A stretch of 64,000 bases of DNA from Cirrosporium novae-zelandiae. Its lineage: Eukaryota. A program made the translations under genes and the position numbers. Positions 25,240 through 38,782 of this stretch are shown piece by piece. The notes under the pieces are model-generated. The model made no database searches. It had not been told where the DNA came from and worked only from the letters and a program-made list of their open reading frames with translations. Position 1 is the first letter of the stretch, and every line of letters begins with the position of its first letter. The DNA lies in contig JAPETS010000009.1 in NCBI GenBank assembly GCA_026023565.1, positions 186,001-250,000 of the forward strand. Reading direction: 5' to 3'.

Positions 25240-25718
25240 AAAGAAAAGAAAAGAGGAGAAAGAAAAGGGTAAGATATCGAGGTTTAGGTTCCTCTATGCT
25301 GTGGTAGTGGTTAGAGTTCATTGTTGTGTGCTTAAATATCATATCTAAAATACCCAAGTAAATTATAAATAATTATAAATATATCCCCTCTTAAACCTCT
25401 AAAAAAAAAGATTTCCTTTGCGGGGTGTTTTCCTTGATACTTTTCGTTTTTTTTGGATTGTGTATGTGATATGGTATGGCATCGGGGTATATATATATAA
25501 CGGGGGGGAGAGGAGGATATTGTGAGGTTTATTAGGCTTGGTTCACTCACACCACGCCTGTGCTTGCTCGCAAGTAATTGCAATTGGATTTGGATTTGGA
25601 TTTCTATGCCGTACAGTATGTACCATATCCTAGAACATCATCATCTAAACATGCTTTAATTCTGTTCTTCATAACCATCTTAATTTTTTCTCTAAAGATA
25701 AAAAAAAAGAACAAACGT

Positions 25719-27070
25719 CTACTCCAACAAACTAGCCTGGTTAGCATACAGCAAATCTACCACATTGCTCAGCCTCTCGATAGTGTCTAGCGCAGCATCG
25801 TAACCCTTATCCCTTTCTGCTTCTTCGTACACAATCAGACACCCGGCGCCCTGGTCCAACACGCCCACGATGACCTTATCCAGAATCATCTGACTGAGTT
25901 TCCGCTCGACCTGGACCTCGTCGAGCCCGACCATCTTGGCCACGTGGGAGATCTCCACGCGGGAAAAGGGCTCGATGACCTTGACGAGGTTCTGTTCCAG
26001 CATGCTGTCGTAGAGGCGGCGGAGGTGCGAGCGGATAAAGGAGTCGGCGCCTAGCTGGTTCTTGTAGGATGCAAGGGCGTTTTCGTATTCTTCCAGGCTG
26101 CGGTTGGAGTGGGCGCGGGCGACAGCTTTCATGGAGTCGAGGTTTGGGCCGGCGTATTTTAGGGCTGGTTTGGAGGTCATGAGCGAGGTTACGTCCGAGG
26201 GGAGGTTGAGCATGATTTTGCAGAGGAGCATGTATTGGAGGGCGGAGGTGGCGAGGGGGGTGTTGTCTTGAGAGCTGTAGCCTTCGAGTGCTTCGATGAA
26301 GTATGAGTATGCAGTGTTGAAGTCGCGGTCTTCGGCGTGCAGCATTCCGGATTGTAGGTCTAGTCCTGCTTGGAGGAGTGGAGGCGTGTAGACTGAGGCG
26401 GCCGAGGTGCGGGCTGAGGTTAGTGCTGCTCGGGCTTTGGATTGGTTGCCCAGGGCATGGTAGACGCGGGATTCGAGGAGCTGCACCTCCACCAGAACTA
26501 GCTTGTCGTCTAGTCGTTTGAGCTCTCGTAGGAGAGAGTTGATGAGCGTGAGCGCCGAGTAGTAGTCATGTTTGCTCATGTAGAGGGTAACCAGGCGGGT
26601 TTCGAGGTTTTGACGTAGGAACGAGCGCCGCTCCGAGATCGCCCACTTGATACAGGATTTCGTCGAGGCGATTTGGAGGTCCGTCGTGTTGGGGATGGAT
26701 TGGAAGAGGTCGAGTAGCTGGCGGACTGTAGGGGGGAGGGATTAGTATGTATTTTGGGGGTGGAGGTGATCAGAATGGCTAGATGGACGGTCTATATCAT
26801 ACCCAACTTGGCCGTCTTCGCCTTCGCAAAGCTGGAGAGTGTAGCACGGCTAGTGTTCACAAGCTCAGCGAGCTCTTGCGGTCTCTTCCCATCTCTGTAT
26901 ATCTCCCCCAGCCCTATCAGTGCCGACTCATAATTCTGCAATGCCGCCTCGGTTTGACCTGGTTTTCGAGATAATATATCTTTATAGATTGCTTCCGACT
27001 TGGAAGGTGATTCTTTGGCCAGCTTTTGAGCCTCTTCTATTTGTTTTGTTTCTTCCGGGATGGGAGCCAT
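25719..27070 (-). CDS. RPN6: 26S proteasome regulatory lid subunit Rpn6 (PCI domain)
   Basis: FAKAKTAKL|VRQLLDLF (intron 26802-26726), ERRSFLRQNLETRL, LLRELKRLDDKLVLVEVQLLES, LLEQNL-like MLEQNLVKVIEPFSRVE, KLSQMILDK. Confidence 0.95.
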
Positions 27071-27356
27071 GACTAATTTTTTTGCAGCTGGACTGAATGG
27101 GCTTTGCCGGAAGAAGGGATTATGGAAAGGAAAACGTTTGGACTGAGAGGTGTGCTGCTTTGGGATTGATGTTGAAGCTTAGGATGAAGTTCGCGCTCGG
27201 CCTACGACAGCAAGCTTCCCCGGTAATTTTCGACTTTGCATTGTTTGCACCCAATAACTCTAAAAAGTTTCAACTTTCTATTCTCCTCCATCTCGCCGTT
27301 GCGATACACAGAAGAGAGCTTGGACAATTTCTAATAAATATCAGCTTGCCCTCAAA

Positions 27357-28911
27357 ATGGTAAGCCATACTCCATGTGCTCTCTGATAGCTTCTATATGT
27401 TCTTGTTTTTTTTTAAAAATTACAATATAGGAACCTTGTCGATTTCTGTCCAATCTCGCCGTTTATTTTTAAATTTTAATCATTTGTTATTGTGACTTCA
27501 TGATGCTAACATTTGGAATAGAAAATCAGAGCATTGAGCCGTTCGTCGGCATCGCAGCAGGCCCCTGGGTCAACTGTACAGAGGCGACCGCGAAATCTTA
27601 ATCCAGCTCTGCGTACGCCTTTTCTGGTTCTGGGGCAATGGAAGGAGGCTAAAATTTCATATAGATCCTTTCGAACGTGCGCGCGAATACACAAGAGCCC
27701 TCAATGCGACAAAGCTTGAACGCATGTTTGCTGCGCCTTTTATCTGCGACTTGGGTACTGGTCATGTCGATGGCGTGTACCAAATGGCCAAAGATCCCGA
27801 GAATCTCTCTTCTTTCGCTTCCGGTTCGGGTGACGGAGTTGTCAAAGTTTGGGACTTGCCTTCTAGGAGTGAATTATGGAATGTTCAGGCTCATGAAAAT
27901 ATTGTTAGGGGGATGTGTTGGACGCGAGACAAAAAGCTTTTGAGTTGTGCCACGGATAAGACCATAAAACTTTGGGATCCTTATAATACCCCCTCAGGAT
28001 CTTCCCCTCTTGCGACCTACCTTGGAAGCTCTCCCTTTACTTCAGTGTCTCACCATAGGAATCTCCAAAGCTTCGCCGCAGCTTCAAGTGTTCTTTCAAT
28101 ATACGACCTCTCGAGGCCGTCTAGTGCACCAACGCAAACACTCCAATGGCCCACGAGCGCGGATACAATTACAGCTTTAAGTTTCAATCAAACGGAGACA
28201 TCTATATTAGCTTCATGCGCTAATGATAGAGGTGTTGTCCTTTATGATCTTCGCACATCTTCTCCTATATCGAAGACAGTCTTACGACTTACCTCGAATG
28301 CTATTTCATGGAATCCAATGGAAGCCTTCAATTTTGCAGTGGCCAATGAAGACCATAATATCTACATATTCGACATGCGAAATATGGGTAGATCTCTTAA
28401 TGTTTTGAAAGACCATGTCGGAGCTGTTATGGATGTCGAATTCTCCCCTACCGGGGAAGAACTTGTTTCTGCATCCTATGACCGAACTATTCGATTATGG
28501 AATCGGGCAAAGGGCCATTCACGAGATATCTATCATACAAAGCGGATGCAGCGTGTCTTTTCCGCTAGATGGACACCAGACGCTAATTATATATTGAGCG
28601 GATCTGATGATGGCAATATCAGATTATGGAGAGCCAATGCTTCTAGTAGGTCAGGAATCAAATCAGCAGGTCAACGACAAAAGCTCGAATATGATGATGC
28701 CCTGAGAAAAAGATATTCTCACATGCCGGAGATAAAACGTATCCAGCGACACAGGCACCTTCCTAAACAGGTTAAGAAAGCAGGCGAAATCAAGGGCGAG
28801 GAGCTCGCGGCTATCAAGAGGAGGCAAGAAAATGAGAGGAAACATAGCAAGAAGGGCGAGAAGCCTAGACAAAGTGAAAGAGAGAAGATGATCCTTGCCA
28901 ACGAGCAGTGA
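27357..28911 (+). CDS. SOF1: U3 snoRNP WD40 protein Sof1/DCAF13
   Basis: ATG|intron 27360-27521|KIRALSRS...RNLNPAL|HPFERAREYTRALNATKLERMFAAPF. WD repeats, WNPMEAFNF, YHTKRMQRVF, C-terminal Sof1 domain RHRHLPK. Confidence 0.95.
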
Positions 28912-29214
28912 TGTGCTTTTCGGCATTTTGAATCTAGAGGTTTGCGCAAAAGATTAATAAAGGCCTCCTGGGCAATATCTTTTTATAAAAACATCTGGCC
29001 TAATGTTCGTGCCTTGTTACTATTGGGAGCATAATTCCAAGGTGGGTTTACATTGACTGCCATTGGTTCTGGCATCGAGCCTTTATCACAAATGCTAATG
29101 ATACATAGGCACTTATTAGACCATGTCTAGATAATCATGCTTTCAGACGGCCTCAAACATCTAAACCGAGAGGGTTTCGAGTCCTTTAATCCCATCCTTG
29201 CCGCAAGATATTAA

Positions 29215-30429
29215 CTATAGCTTTACTAGTGAATCGTCCTCATCATCCCATACCAATTTCTCAGGAGTTACCTCCCACAGTTGGCTTTGACTTGACTCCT
29301 CCAGTGACTCCGGCTCGCATGGCTTATACTCGTTTATAGTACTGCTTCCTTGGAAACTCTTCATCGCACGGTCAACACCACTTGCCCATCTCAATATTTT
29401 CTGAAGTCCGGCAGGCAGAATGCCCATTAGTCCTATCCATCGAGCATATAGGGGCATCGAAATCTCTCCACTAACACCATTATCAATGGCCGCGATAATC
29501 TCCTTGACCACTTCTGTTGACTCCACAACCGGTGCGAAAAAATTGCTTGGCGTTTGCACACCTCGAAACAAATCCGTGGAAAGCTGGGCAGGGGTTACAA
29601 GCAAAGTCTTTATTTCTGGATGGTCTGCGAGTTCCGCCGTCAAGGATGTATGCATTGCGATGAGCCCGGCTTTTGCTGCTGTGTAGTCCGAGAGTCTAGC
29701 AGCACCTAGATGCCCTAGAACAGAAGACACTGTGACGATTGTACCCCTTCCTTTATGCAGCATACCAGGAAGGAAAGTTTGTAGGGTGTGAAAATGGGCT
29801 AAAAGGTTGACGCGAAAGCTGCGCTCCACTTCCTCTGTTGTGAGAGAAAGCAATGGCTTGCCGTTTACGACTCCGGCGTTGTTGATGAGAATCGTTGGAG
29901 TTCCAAGCTATAATAGCATAACAAATCAGCATTGGTTCAAATTTATGATTGGAATTGATCTCCATACATCCTTTTCTATCCTCTTAGCAACTTGTCTTAT
30001 TTGGTTTACATCCCCAACGTCGCAACGGTAATATTCCACACCGGGGGTTTCTGCTTCATTGACCCCTTTCACATCTAGTACTGCGATACTTGCGCCTCTC
30101 ATGCCATAGACTTTGGCGAGGAGCAAACCCAGTCCACTTGCACCCCCAGTAATAACGATAACTTCCTCTTCGAAGTCTACCTCTCGCGGCAAGCCATAAG
30201 CTATTCTCTTATTGATCAGATTGAAAAAGAAGAAAGCCGTTAAGATCGATGCATATGCGATGGAAATAATCATAGATAAATGTTCGTAGGGTGTAACTTG
30301 TGCGCGCAGACACAGCGGAATCATCCATGCTACGAAAGGATGAAGAAAAGTATAACTGGCAATGTGTAGCAGAAGATCAATTGTAATAGAGGAGTACCAT
30401 GGCTTTGTCACATGCTGATTTTGTGCCAT
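29215..30429 (-). CDS. Short-chain dehydrogenase/reductase with N-terminal membrane segment (17beta-HSD11/Tda5-like)
   Basis: ITGGASGLG, LINNAGV after an intron (~29968-29909), catalytic YTAAK (YxxxK). Confidence 0.9.
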
Positions 30430-30709
30430 GGCTGTGGGGTTCTGGAGGGTAATATGACTGGAATATTAAGAAGGTGTTCCTATTTTAAGACATTTTCTAT
30501 ATTCTGACAATCAATAGAGAAGAAAAAAATATCCACAATACTGAAAAAGCAAGCATAAATTCACGGTCCCTCCGTGTTTGAAGATGAGGTAGTGGAAGCG
30601 CCGGCGGTGTGCTCTGAAAGTATTTTGCCCGCCAAATTTTCACCGACTTCCTTGGGCGCAAAGCTTCCTTGATTGCCCCGCCATCATCATATATTATTAG
30701 CCGACAACA

Positions 30710-31863
30710 ATGTCAGCTCCTCAAATTCCGAATCTTAACACCTTACGACGAGGAGGTGGGCAAGGCCGTGGTAGAGTAAGAGGCGGCCCGTCAATTACAG
30801 GCCACAATCGTGGACTTAGCCAAAATGCAAAGGATGAGATTGTGCAGAAGACAGATGATGATGCTGCTTTGTCGAGGATGAGCGCAGTCGAGGTTGGCTA
30901 TCTGGATGATCCTTTCGCAAGATATTTTGCTGCTGGCTATGCACAGAGGAGGTTTCCAATAATCAACAGAGGTCTCTTATTTCTGTCGCAGGAAGTTTGA
31001 GATACTCGCAGACTGATTTGTTCCAAGGTACCTATGTCCGAACCACCGCAATCGACATTCTCGTCGACAGCTTCCTTGGATCGGATCATTCAACACGAAA
31101 GCAGATAATATCACTAGGAGCTGGAACGGATACTAGATTCTTTCGCCTTGCAAGAAAAAGACCATCTACGTCTTTGTTGTACCACGAGCTCGATTTCCCT
31201 CAGAACACCAAGAAGAAGATTAGAGCTATGAAGGAAACTCCCGAGTTGCTGTCCAAACTTATGTCTATCGATTCTGAGGATGTGTCCATCTCAGTGGATG
31301 GCGCTACTTTATACTCTCCATCCCTTAACATTCATCCAGTTGACCTTCGTTCCCTTCATCCAAGCTCTACCCTCACTCTTCGTGGCATCGACACCTCGCT
31401 TCCTACACTTTTAATTTCGGAATGCTGTCTCATATACCTCGATCCTACCTCCGCAGATGCTGTTCTACAATACTTTACGACCATCTTCCCTCAGACAACA
31501 CCGCTTGGTCTCATTGTCTATGAACCCATCAATCCCTTCGATCCGTTTGGAATGACTATGGAGGTCAACCTTGCAGCCCGGGGGATCGTATTACAAACGC
31601 TACACAAATATTCATCACTTCCATTACAGAGACAAAGATTGAAGGATCGGGGATTTGGGAGTGGGCAACAAGCTTCAGACATTGATTTTCTCTGGGAAAA
31701 GTGGGTTATCAAATCGGAGAAAGGGCGAGTGTCTGAGCTGGAGATGCTAGATGAAATTGAGGAATGGCAGATGCTTGCGCGACATTATTGCGTGGCATGG
31801 GGTTGGAGAGATGAACGAAATGCCTTTCAAGGTTGGAACGACCTACAAGGTCAAGGAGAATGA
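30710..31863 (+). CDS. PPM1: Leucine carboxyl methyltransferase 1 (PP2A methyltransferase)
   Basis: [74 protein letters not shown]. One intron, ~30972-31028. Confidence 0.92.
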
Positions 31864-32003
31864 ATGTAGACTGTTCATCTATATTTCATTCAGGGCGGTA
31901 TTACCTAGTCATAGACCCTACAGCACCAACGCTCGTAATGTATCATTATGTAATCAAAGATAGCCCACAGCATTGCCTCCTAGACGCCTCACCATAATGT
32001 ACA

Positions 32004-32964
32004 TTATCTCTTTAGAGCAGCAAACCGCCTAGCAAGTTCATCGACTTCCGGTATCTTCCCCCCCACAATATCTTTTTTCGCAAAGCCACCAGATGTACCT
32101 TTTTCCATGGTACTCTTCGGCTTGGCTTCTGGTGGCCCAGGCAACTTTAATTTTGGCCGTACGTTATCCGAACTAGGACTTGGTGGTGCCACTCTGACCG
32201 GACCCTTTGGATCAAAGTCTCTCGGAGGTGTTGCCTGGCTCAAGCCCTCAGCCTCCAGAGGGGCCTCCAGCTGGACCTTCTGGCCACCACTTGGTTCATC
32301 ATCATCATCCTCATCCTGTTGGCGATTTTCTCCTTTTGGCCAGTCAACACCATACGTTCTTGCAATCTCTTTGAGGTACATTGTCACAAGCTCTTCACCA
32401 GGTCCTTGTGCCCTTAGCTTTTTTTCTACACGTTCTGGAACACAATTATCTCGGTTCTCCATTGCACGCAGCGAATAGTCCTTTCCGCACCTGTCCATCA
32501 GTATCATTCTGGTCATCTGCAGTTCTTTGATCTCTGTTCTCGCTGCCGCATATATGATGCTATTGACCGCTTCTTCTAACCCTGGATCCACATATCCTCT
32601 TGTATCACCTTCTTTACCAGAGTAGGGATTGATCCAGTTCGGTGGGGGTGCAGTGTCTAGAAGGCCTAATCTCGCCAGGAGCAACTCGCAATATAGTTCA
32701 AGGATCTCGTAAAGTTCAACAGTGATGTCAGTGCGGATGATATTTTCGACACGGATACGGGCCGATTCCTCTTTGCCGATCTCAAGCAGCTGGGCCATTT
32801 GTCGACGCTGCTGCTTTGAGATGGCCGTGTCCTTGGCTTGGATGTTTCGCAGCCGCGAGATGGAGAGTTTGAGCTGGACTTTCAGCTTGGACTTGAAGCG
32901 CTAGTTAGCAAAAGAACACATAACTAGAAAGAGGATTTACCAGCTGTGGGGATGTTGGCGCCAT
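32004..32964 (-). CDS. IST1: ESCRT-III-associated protein Ist1 (regulator of Vps4)
   Basis: MAPTSPQL|RFKSKLKVQLKLSISRLR (intron 32940-32901), ESARIRVENII, ELYEILELYCELLLAR, YLKEIARTY, C-terminal MIM-like DELARRFAALKR. Confidence 0.92.
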
Positions 32965-34366
32965 ATTGAATTATTTGTTATTGTTAAGATAATATGGCAG
33001 CCTTGAATCGTACATCTAGAGACTGGTAATGATGCCCCTCGGTCCCTGGATGCCCCGCTGATCAGGTAATTATACACCCGTGACCTTTACGAGTACACCG
33101 GCGTGTATCAAATATAGCAAACATATCAAACATCAAATAACCTTGAAAAAAAGTATCTTTGACGTTGGAGAACAGCTATCCTATCATCTTCATATCCCAT
33201 CTAAATACCTTGACTTTACTGCCAATTACACTAGCAGTAGCAGTGGCCTGAAACTCCGAATTCTTATAACCTAGCTGCTGTCAAGACCTGCATTCGCGAA
33301 TTCAAATACTTCCAAGCCTTCGCGGCTAAATTCTCGGCGCACGTCCTTTAGTTCAGGCTATTTATCTCGCAGGATTCAACTGAGTCGCGATGTTATCATG
33401 ACTTTTTAGAAATAAAAAAGTCAAAGTGCCCTGGAAATCTGTATAGACGGCCCCAGTTTCTTGTGGAATGTACTCGGCGAGTTCTTTTATCGTTATGTAT
33501 TCACCGGCCTGCTTCTTTGGACTTTTTTGGACTTTGCAGCAGTCATGGATAATACCGCCGTCTCCCATACCAAGAAAGCTTTATGACCGGAAGAAATCTC
33601 GTCAGCATTTCAGGAGAAGCCCCAGATCCCGAAGGGATGGCCTGTTCTACCCTTTTAAAGCAACGCATCCTCCCCGCCATTTGATTTATCTCCTATTGCA
33701 GAAATCTATCCTGCTGGTTAATATTTTCGATACAAGGGAAATCATGTTTGCTGGTACCGGCTTGCTATTTGGGGTTATATACCCTACCTGTTGTTCCCCT
33801 TGAAGTCTCATGTTCTCTTTTTCTTATCAATAAGATACTATTTTTTTTTCGCAGGTGGGGACTCCACCATTCTTCTCCATTTATTCCCTAGAAATATCTG
33901 TTTTGAGACTAAAATTGATTATCAAAACAAGCTCTTAGTTGTTGACTGTACCTTTCTAAGAAATCGTTCCTATACCAGTCCCATGATTTGGCAAACGCCC
34001 TATCCAACGGTGTGGAGTGGCGAACCTCGTGGACCCAATAGAGATCTACAATCTTTTATATTTAGAATGCTAACCATTGATTTTGCAGAGAAATCAGATT
34101 TAGTGCTACATACGACTTCTTGACTCCTGCCATTAGTTCTGGCCATAAAATAGTTATAGCTGAATTGGGGAACCAGCTTGAGTGGATACCATTATCGGGA
34201 TCTCGGATAAGTTTCCCCTTGTCTACGATCAGTTGTCTGGTTGGGTCCAGACATTTGATCAAGCAATATAAGGAATGACCCATGGCTCTCTGCCACCTAC
34301 TGCAGCATCCGTTCTCAATATTTCGGCTCATGGTATCTAACGCTTTGTGGTCTTTTAATAGCTAAT

Positions 34367-36345
34367 ATGGGAGCTTCACCAGGTGCAGTTGCGCGAGCAC
34401 TGCCAGCTTTAATTATTTGCTCGGTCGTCGCTTTTGGTGGGATTCTCTATGGGTCTGTTGGCTTCCTCTTCCAACCAACATAACGTGGATTACTCATCTT
34501 TGGATACTAGCTATACAACTGGCGAAATCAGTGGAATTATAGCCATGGACTACTTCCGCAAGCAATTCTCTACCGGATACATCAGCCCAGATGATGGCCT
34601 CCCCGATATCACTTCCCAGCAATCATCAGAGATTGTATCACTTCTCTCCGCTGGAACCTTTCTCGGTTGTCTCATTGCTGCTCCTATAGCCGATCGCGCA
34701 GGCCGTCGAATCTCGTTATTGGTTTCGTGTGTCATCTTTGCCGTTGGTGTTGTTCTCCAAACAGTTGCCTCCGCGATTCCTATGTTTGTTGCTAGTCGAT
34801 TTTTCTGTGGTTTGGGTCTTGGAATCGTTACCACAGTGGGTAGGGAATTTCTTGATCTTTTGTTTTAGTTTAGTCACTGATGTTTCAAGTGCCCATGTAT
34901 CTTTCAGAAGCAGCCCCTAGGAAGATTCGCGGAAGTATGATCAGCAGCTATCAATTAATCCAAACAGTTGGTCTTCTCCTTTCAGCTATTGTCGTCAATG
35001 CAACAAAAAATCGCGACGACAGTAGCGCTTACCGAATTCCGATAGCTATTCAATTTGCCTGGGTTTTTATTCTAGCTTGTGGAATGGTATATCTACCCGA
35101 GAGTCCCCATTTCCGAGTGAAGCAAGATAGACATGATGCTGCGGCCAAAGCGCTTTCGAAATTACGGAGATTACCAGAGGAGGACAAGATTCTACAAGAA
35201 GAACTCGCTCAAATCCATAACAACCAAAAGGTAGAATCCTCGATCGGCTCGGTTTCTTATCGGGAACTATGCAGGGGGACTCTTGGATTTCGGCTTCTGA
35301 CAGGCGCACTCCTCATGGCCCTCTCCCAGCTTACCGGAATAAACTTCATCTTTTACTTTGGCACAACCTTCTTCTCCAGCTCCGGAATTGCCAATTCATA
35401 TATCATCCAGGTGATTATGAACGTGGTTAACGTCGTATCCACGCTTCCCGGTCTTTGGATGGTAGAGAAATGGGGTCGTCGTCCCGTTTTACTATTCGGT
35501 GCTATCGGCATGGCCATATCGCAGTTGCTCGTAGCAATCGTTGGTACGGCCACAGGTGACGGCTCTAGCGCAGGAAACAAATGCCTCATCGCTTTTTCCT
35601 GCGTTTTCATTTTCTTCTTTGCCTGCTCCTGGGGTCCTGGTAAGTCTTCGCTCCAAACCACACCATTCCTATATTCCTTCTCCAGTCCTCCCCCATTCCC
35701 CAAACCCCCAACCCCCATATATATTATATGCATATATAAAAAACTAACACTCTCTCCCCCCATTAGTCGGTTGGGTAGTCTGCGCAGAAATCTTCCCCCT
35801 CTCCGCCCGCGCCAAAGGCGTCTCCATCACCACCTCAATGAACTGGCTCTTCAACTGGGCCCTCGCCTACGCCACCCCCTATATGGTTGACTCCGGAGCC
35901 GGAAACGCCGACATGGGTTCCAAAGTCTTTTTCATCTGGTTCGTTCCTACCCCCCCCCTCTAACTCATCAAACCCATCCCTTTCCACGAATGAATAACCC
36001 ACCCACCCACCCCAACCCCAGCCATCTCCACCTCCCTTCCTTTCAACACACCAACTAACCATTCCCTTTCTCTTCCAAAACAGGGGCGGCTTCTGTTGCG
36101 CCAGCATCGCATTCGTATATTTTATGATCTACGAGACCAAAGGGTTGAGTCTGGATCAAATCGATGAACTGTATGCCACTGCGGATCATGCGTGGACGTC
36201 TGGGGGATTTTTGTCTGTGGATGGGGGGGTGGTGGCGCGTCCGGGGAATGGGGGGAGTAGGGATGGAGATGAGGGCGAGAAGAAGGAGAGGGAGGGGGAG
36301 GGGGGTGGGATTATTGTTGATAAGAATGATGTTGTGGAGGTGTAG
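34367..36345 (+). CDS. Sugar porter family MFS transporter (high-affinity hexose transporter / Rgt2-Rco3-like), multi-exon
   Basis: AFGGILYG|YTTGEISG, ADRAGRR, VPMYLSEAAP..IRG, LPESP, QLTGINFIFYFG, VEKWGRR, SWGP|VGWVVCAEIFPL, YETKGLSLDQIDE. Confidence 0.9.
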
Positions 36346-36893
36346 TTTTTGGAGCTAAATATATATAGATAAATAGATAAATGAGATTGAGAAATAAATA
36401 ATAATAATAATAATAGAAGAAACCTAAGGTCCCTTTTTAGTTGTTGTCGCCGTCATCATTGTCAAATAAAAATATAAGAATTATAAAAACCACATAACAA
36501 ACCCCTTCCCACATTTCCCAATCTCCTTCCATTCAAAGGGAGGCAGAAAAAAAAATCATCTATCCTTGCCCTCCCTCTCTCTGGCCCTCTGAATATAACA
36601 TAACACATCCACCCATCCACCCATCCATCCAAACAATCTCTCCCCTTCCTTCCTCATCCTCATTTCATCTACATTTAAAAAAGAACTTCCGATTTTCTTT
36701 TCTTTTTTCTTTTTTTTTAGCAAATATGCCCCTAGATAAATAGTTTAACCCTGGGTATGAAAGAAATAGAGAGAGAAAAAAAAAAGAAAAGAAAAAAAAA
36801 GGTCTATGTTTATTTTTATATCATAATCAGATGGGAGATAACCCACATATATATACCCATCCTCCATGCCCATATGAATCCCATCCGTCTATC

Positions 36894-36991
36894 TATTTAC
36901 TAACCCTCATCCCCTCCCTCCCCTCCTCCCACACACATATATTTACTAACCCTCATCCCCTCCCTCCCCTCCTCCCACACACATATATTTA
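36894..36991. repeat. 46-bp tandem duplication (~2.1 copies)
   Basis: TATTTACTAACCCTCATCCCCTCCCTCCCCTCCTCCCACACACATA starts at 36894 and again at 36940. Confidence 0.85.
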
Positions 36992-37043
36992 TATATGCCC
37001 CATGCCCCCTCTCTCCTCCCCCTCCTCTCCCCCTCCCAACAAC

Positions 37044-38267
37044 TTACTCCGGCCTCCTCGCCCACATAATAGTAATAGGCGTAAACGCTCTAACGTTCGG
37101 ATCCAGATAATCCTTCCTCGCCTGCGCCAAAAACACCTCAACCCTCTCTCTCGACCACCCCAACCCTGTCAGCAACCTAAGCGACATACCCTGAATACCC
37201 TGCATGAAATTCCAGCTCTGAATCCTCCCCATCTCGCTCACCCTCTGATCGCCATTCGGCACCGTATCCGGCCGATCCGGCCACGCAATATTCATCATAT
37301 GCACATCCTCAAACCCGGCCTCCCTCACGAGTTCCTCCCAGCGATCCGTAGCCTCCAGATCAATCCCCACCGTCCTCGCCGCCTCGATCATATAATCGCA
37401 CCCCTGCATCCTGGCATTATCGCGTCTCGGCACCCCCTCGGCGTCAATGCAATCGCATTTCCAGTCCTGGCATTCGAGGTAGCCTCCCGGTTTCAGGTTT
37501 TGGAAGGCTTGGCGGAAGAATGAGGGCCAATCGTGCCAGCCGAAGACGATGGCGCGACTGTGGATGAAGTCGAATTTTTGGGAAAAGGCCCAGGGAGCTT
37601 CGCTGTCGTCGACTATGAAGGTGCAGTTGGGGGGTACGAGCGTGGGTTGGATGGGGCTGAGGTCTGTGCCTAGGATGCGCGCCGAGGGGTGTTGGTCTGC
37701 GAAGTCGATGCACCAGGTTCCGGTTCCTGTGGGATGGGGTGGGGGGGGTTAGGTAGGGATATTGTGGGGGGTTTTTTTTGGGGAAGGGGAGTTGGGCGTA
37801 CCGGTAGCAACGTCAAGGACGTCCTGGACGTCTTCTGGGAGGGGTGCCATGTGTAGCTTCCCCTCCAGAGTCAATAGCCATAGGCGATGCTGGACGTCCA
37901 GACGTTCAATCTCCTGCTCATCGTTAGGAAGCGGATACGACCCATCTTTGTACCCGTGATATCTTCTGCCGTACTCGTATCTGTAGTTCAAGGCTTCAGA
38001 GGTCAGTGATGCGGTATAGGTCGAGACTTCGTCACCCAGAGCTGAATCATGATCTCCATCCACATCCACATCCAAACTCTCAGCATACGCTAATGGAACT
38101 TTTTTGCTCAGCCATGACGCGTTCCATCAACCTTTGACACATTGTAATTGGAGCTGGAGCTCACTTGATGTTGTTGTTGTTGTTGTTGAAGCTGAAGCGT
38201 CCTGGGCTTCTGGTTCTTCCCCTTCTGAAACCTTGGGTATTTTTTCCGGCTGTGAAGATTCCGTCAT
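37044..38267 (-). CDS. LaeA-like SAM-dependent methyltransferase, multi-exon
   Basis: ATG at 38267. YEYGRRYHGYKDGSYPLPNDEQEIERLDVQH, VLDVATG|TGTWCIDFADQHP, GTDLSPIQP, FDFIHSR, LKPGGYLECQD. Confidence 0.9.
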
Positions 38268-38782
38268 GATGTTGGGGGATTGGTTTTGAGGTACTTCTTT
38301 CATCTACAGGTGAAAAGTATAGGTGGGAAATTTGGATCGCTGGCTGGCTGCATGCATACAATATGGTTTATTATGCAGATAACTTCGAATCATGATGGTG
38401 GGCTTTATCGTATACATGTACACACGGGATGGGAGGGTCGGTTACAGGACCATTGAGAGATGGATCCTCCAAAGGGATCTAAAATAATTCGGCTCTGTTA
38501 AACCGGGTGGTGACTGGTGGTAGAAATATAGGTAGTTGTATTTAAACTGGTAAACTAGCAAGGGTTGGGTATCTTTTGCCGTCTTCTTGGACAATCTTGG
38601 GATTTTTGGAGATTCAGCGTGGGTGGACCAGGGTGTTATCGGCGTTTCGGAGCAAATGCCATTAATTAATTGATAAAAATGGATCCCGGGTAATCAGTTC
38701 TCCTGTCATTCAAATCCTCCCCATCACATCGGGTATAACACATTGGAACGTTGGAATACTGGATATTGGACATCGGAAAACA

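Noticed and set aside
23300..25700. Long AT-rich intergenic tract as a RIP-degraded transposon
   Set aside because: Dominated by homopolymers and microsatellites; no TIR, LTR or transposase remnant seen. The same applies to 48850-51550 and 62400-64000.
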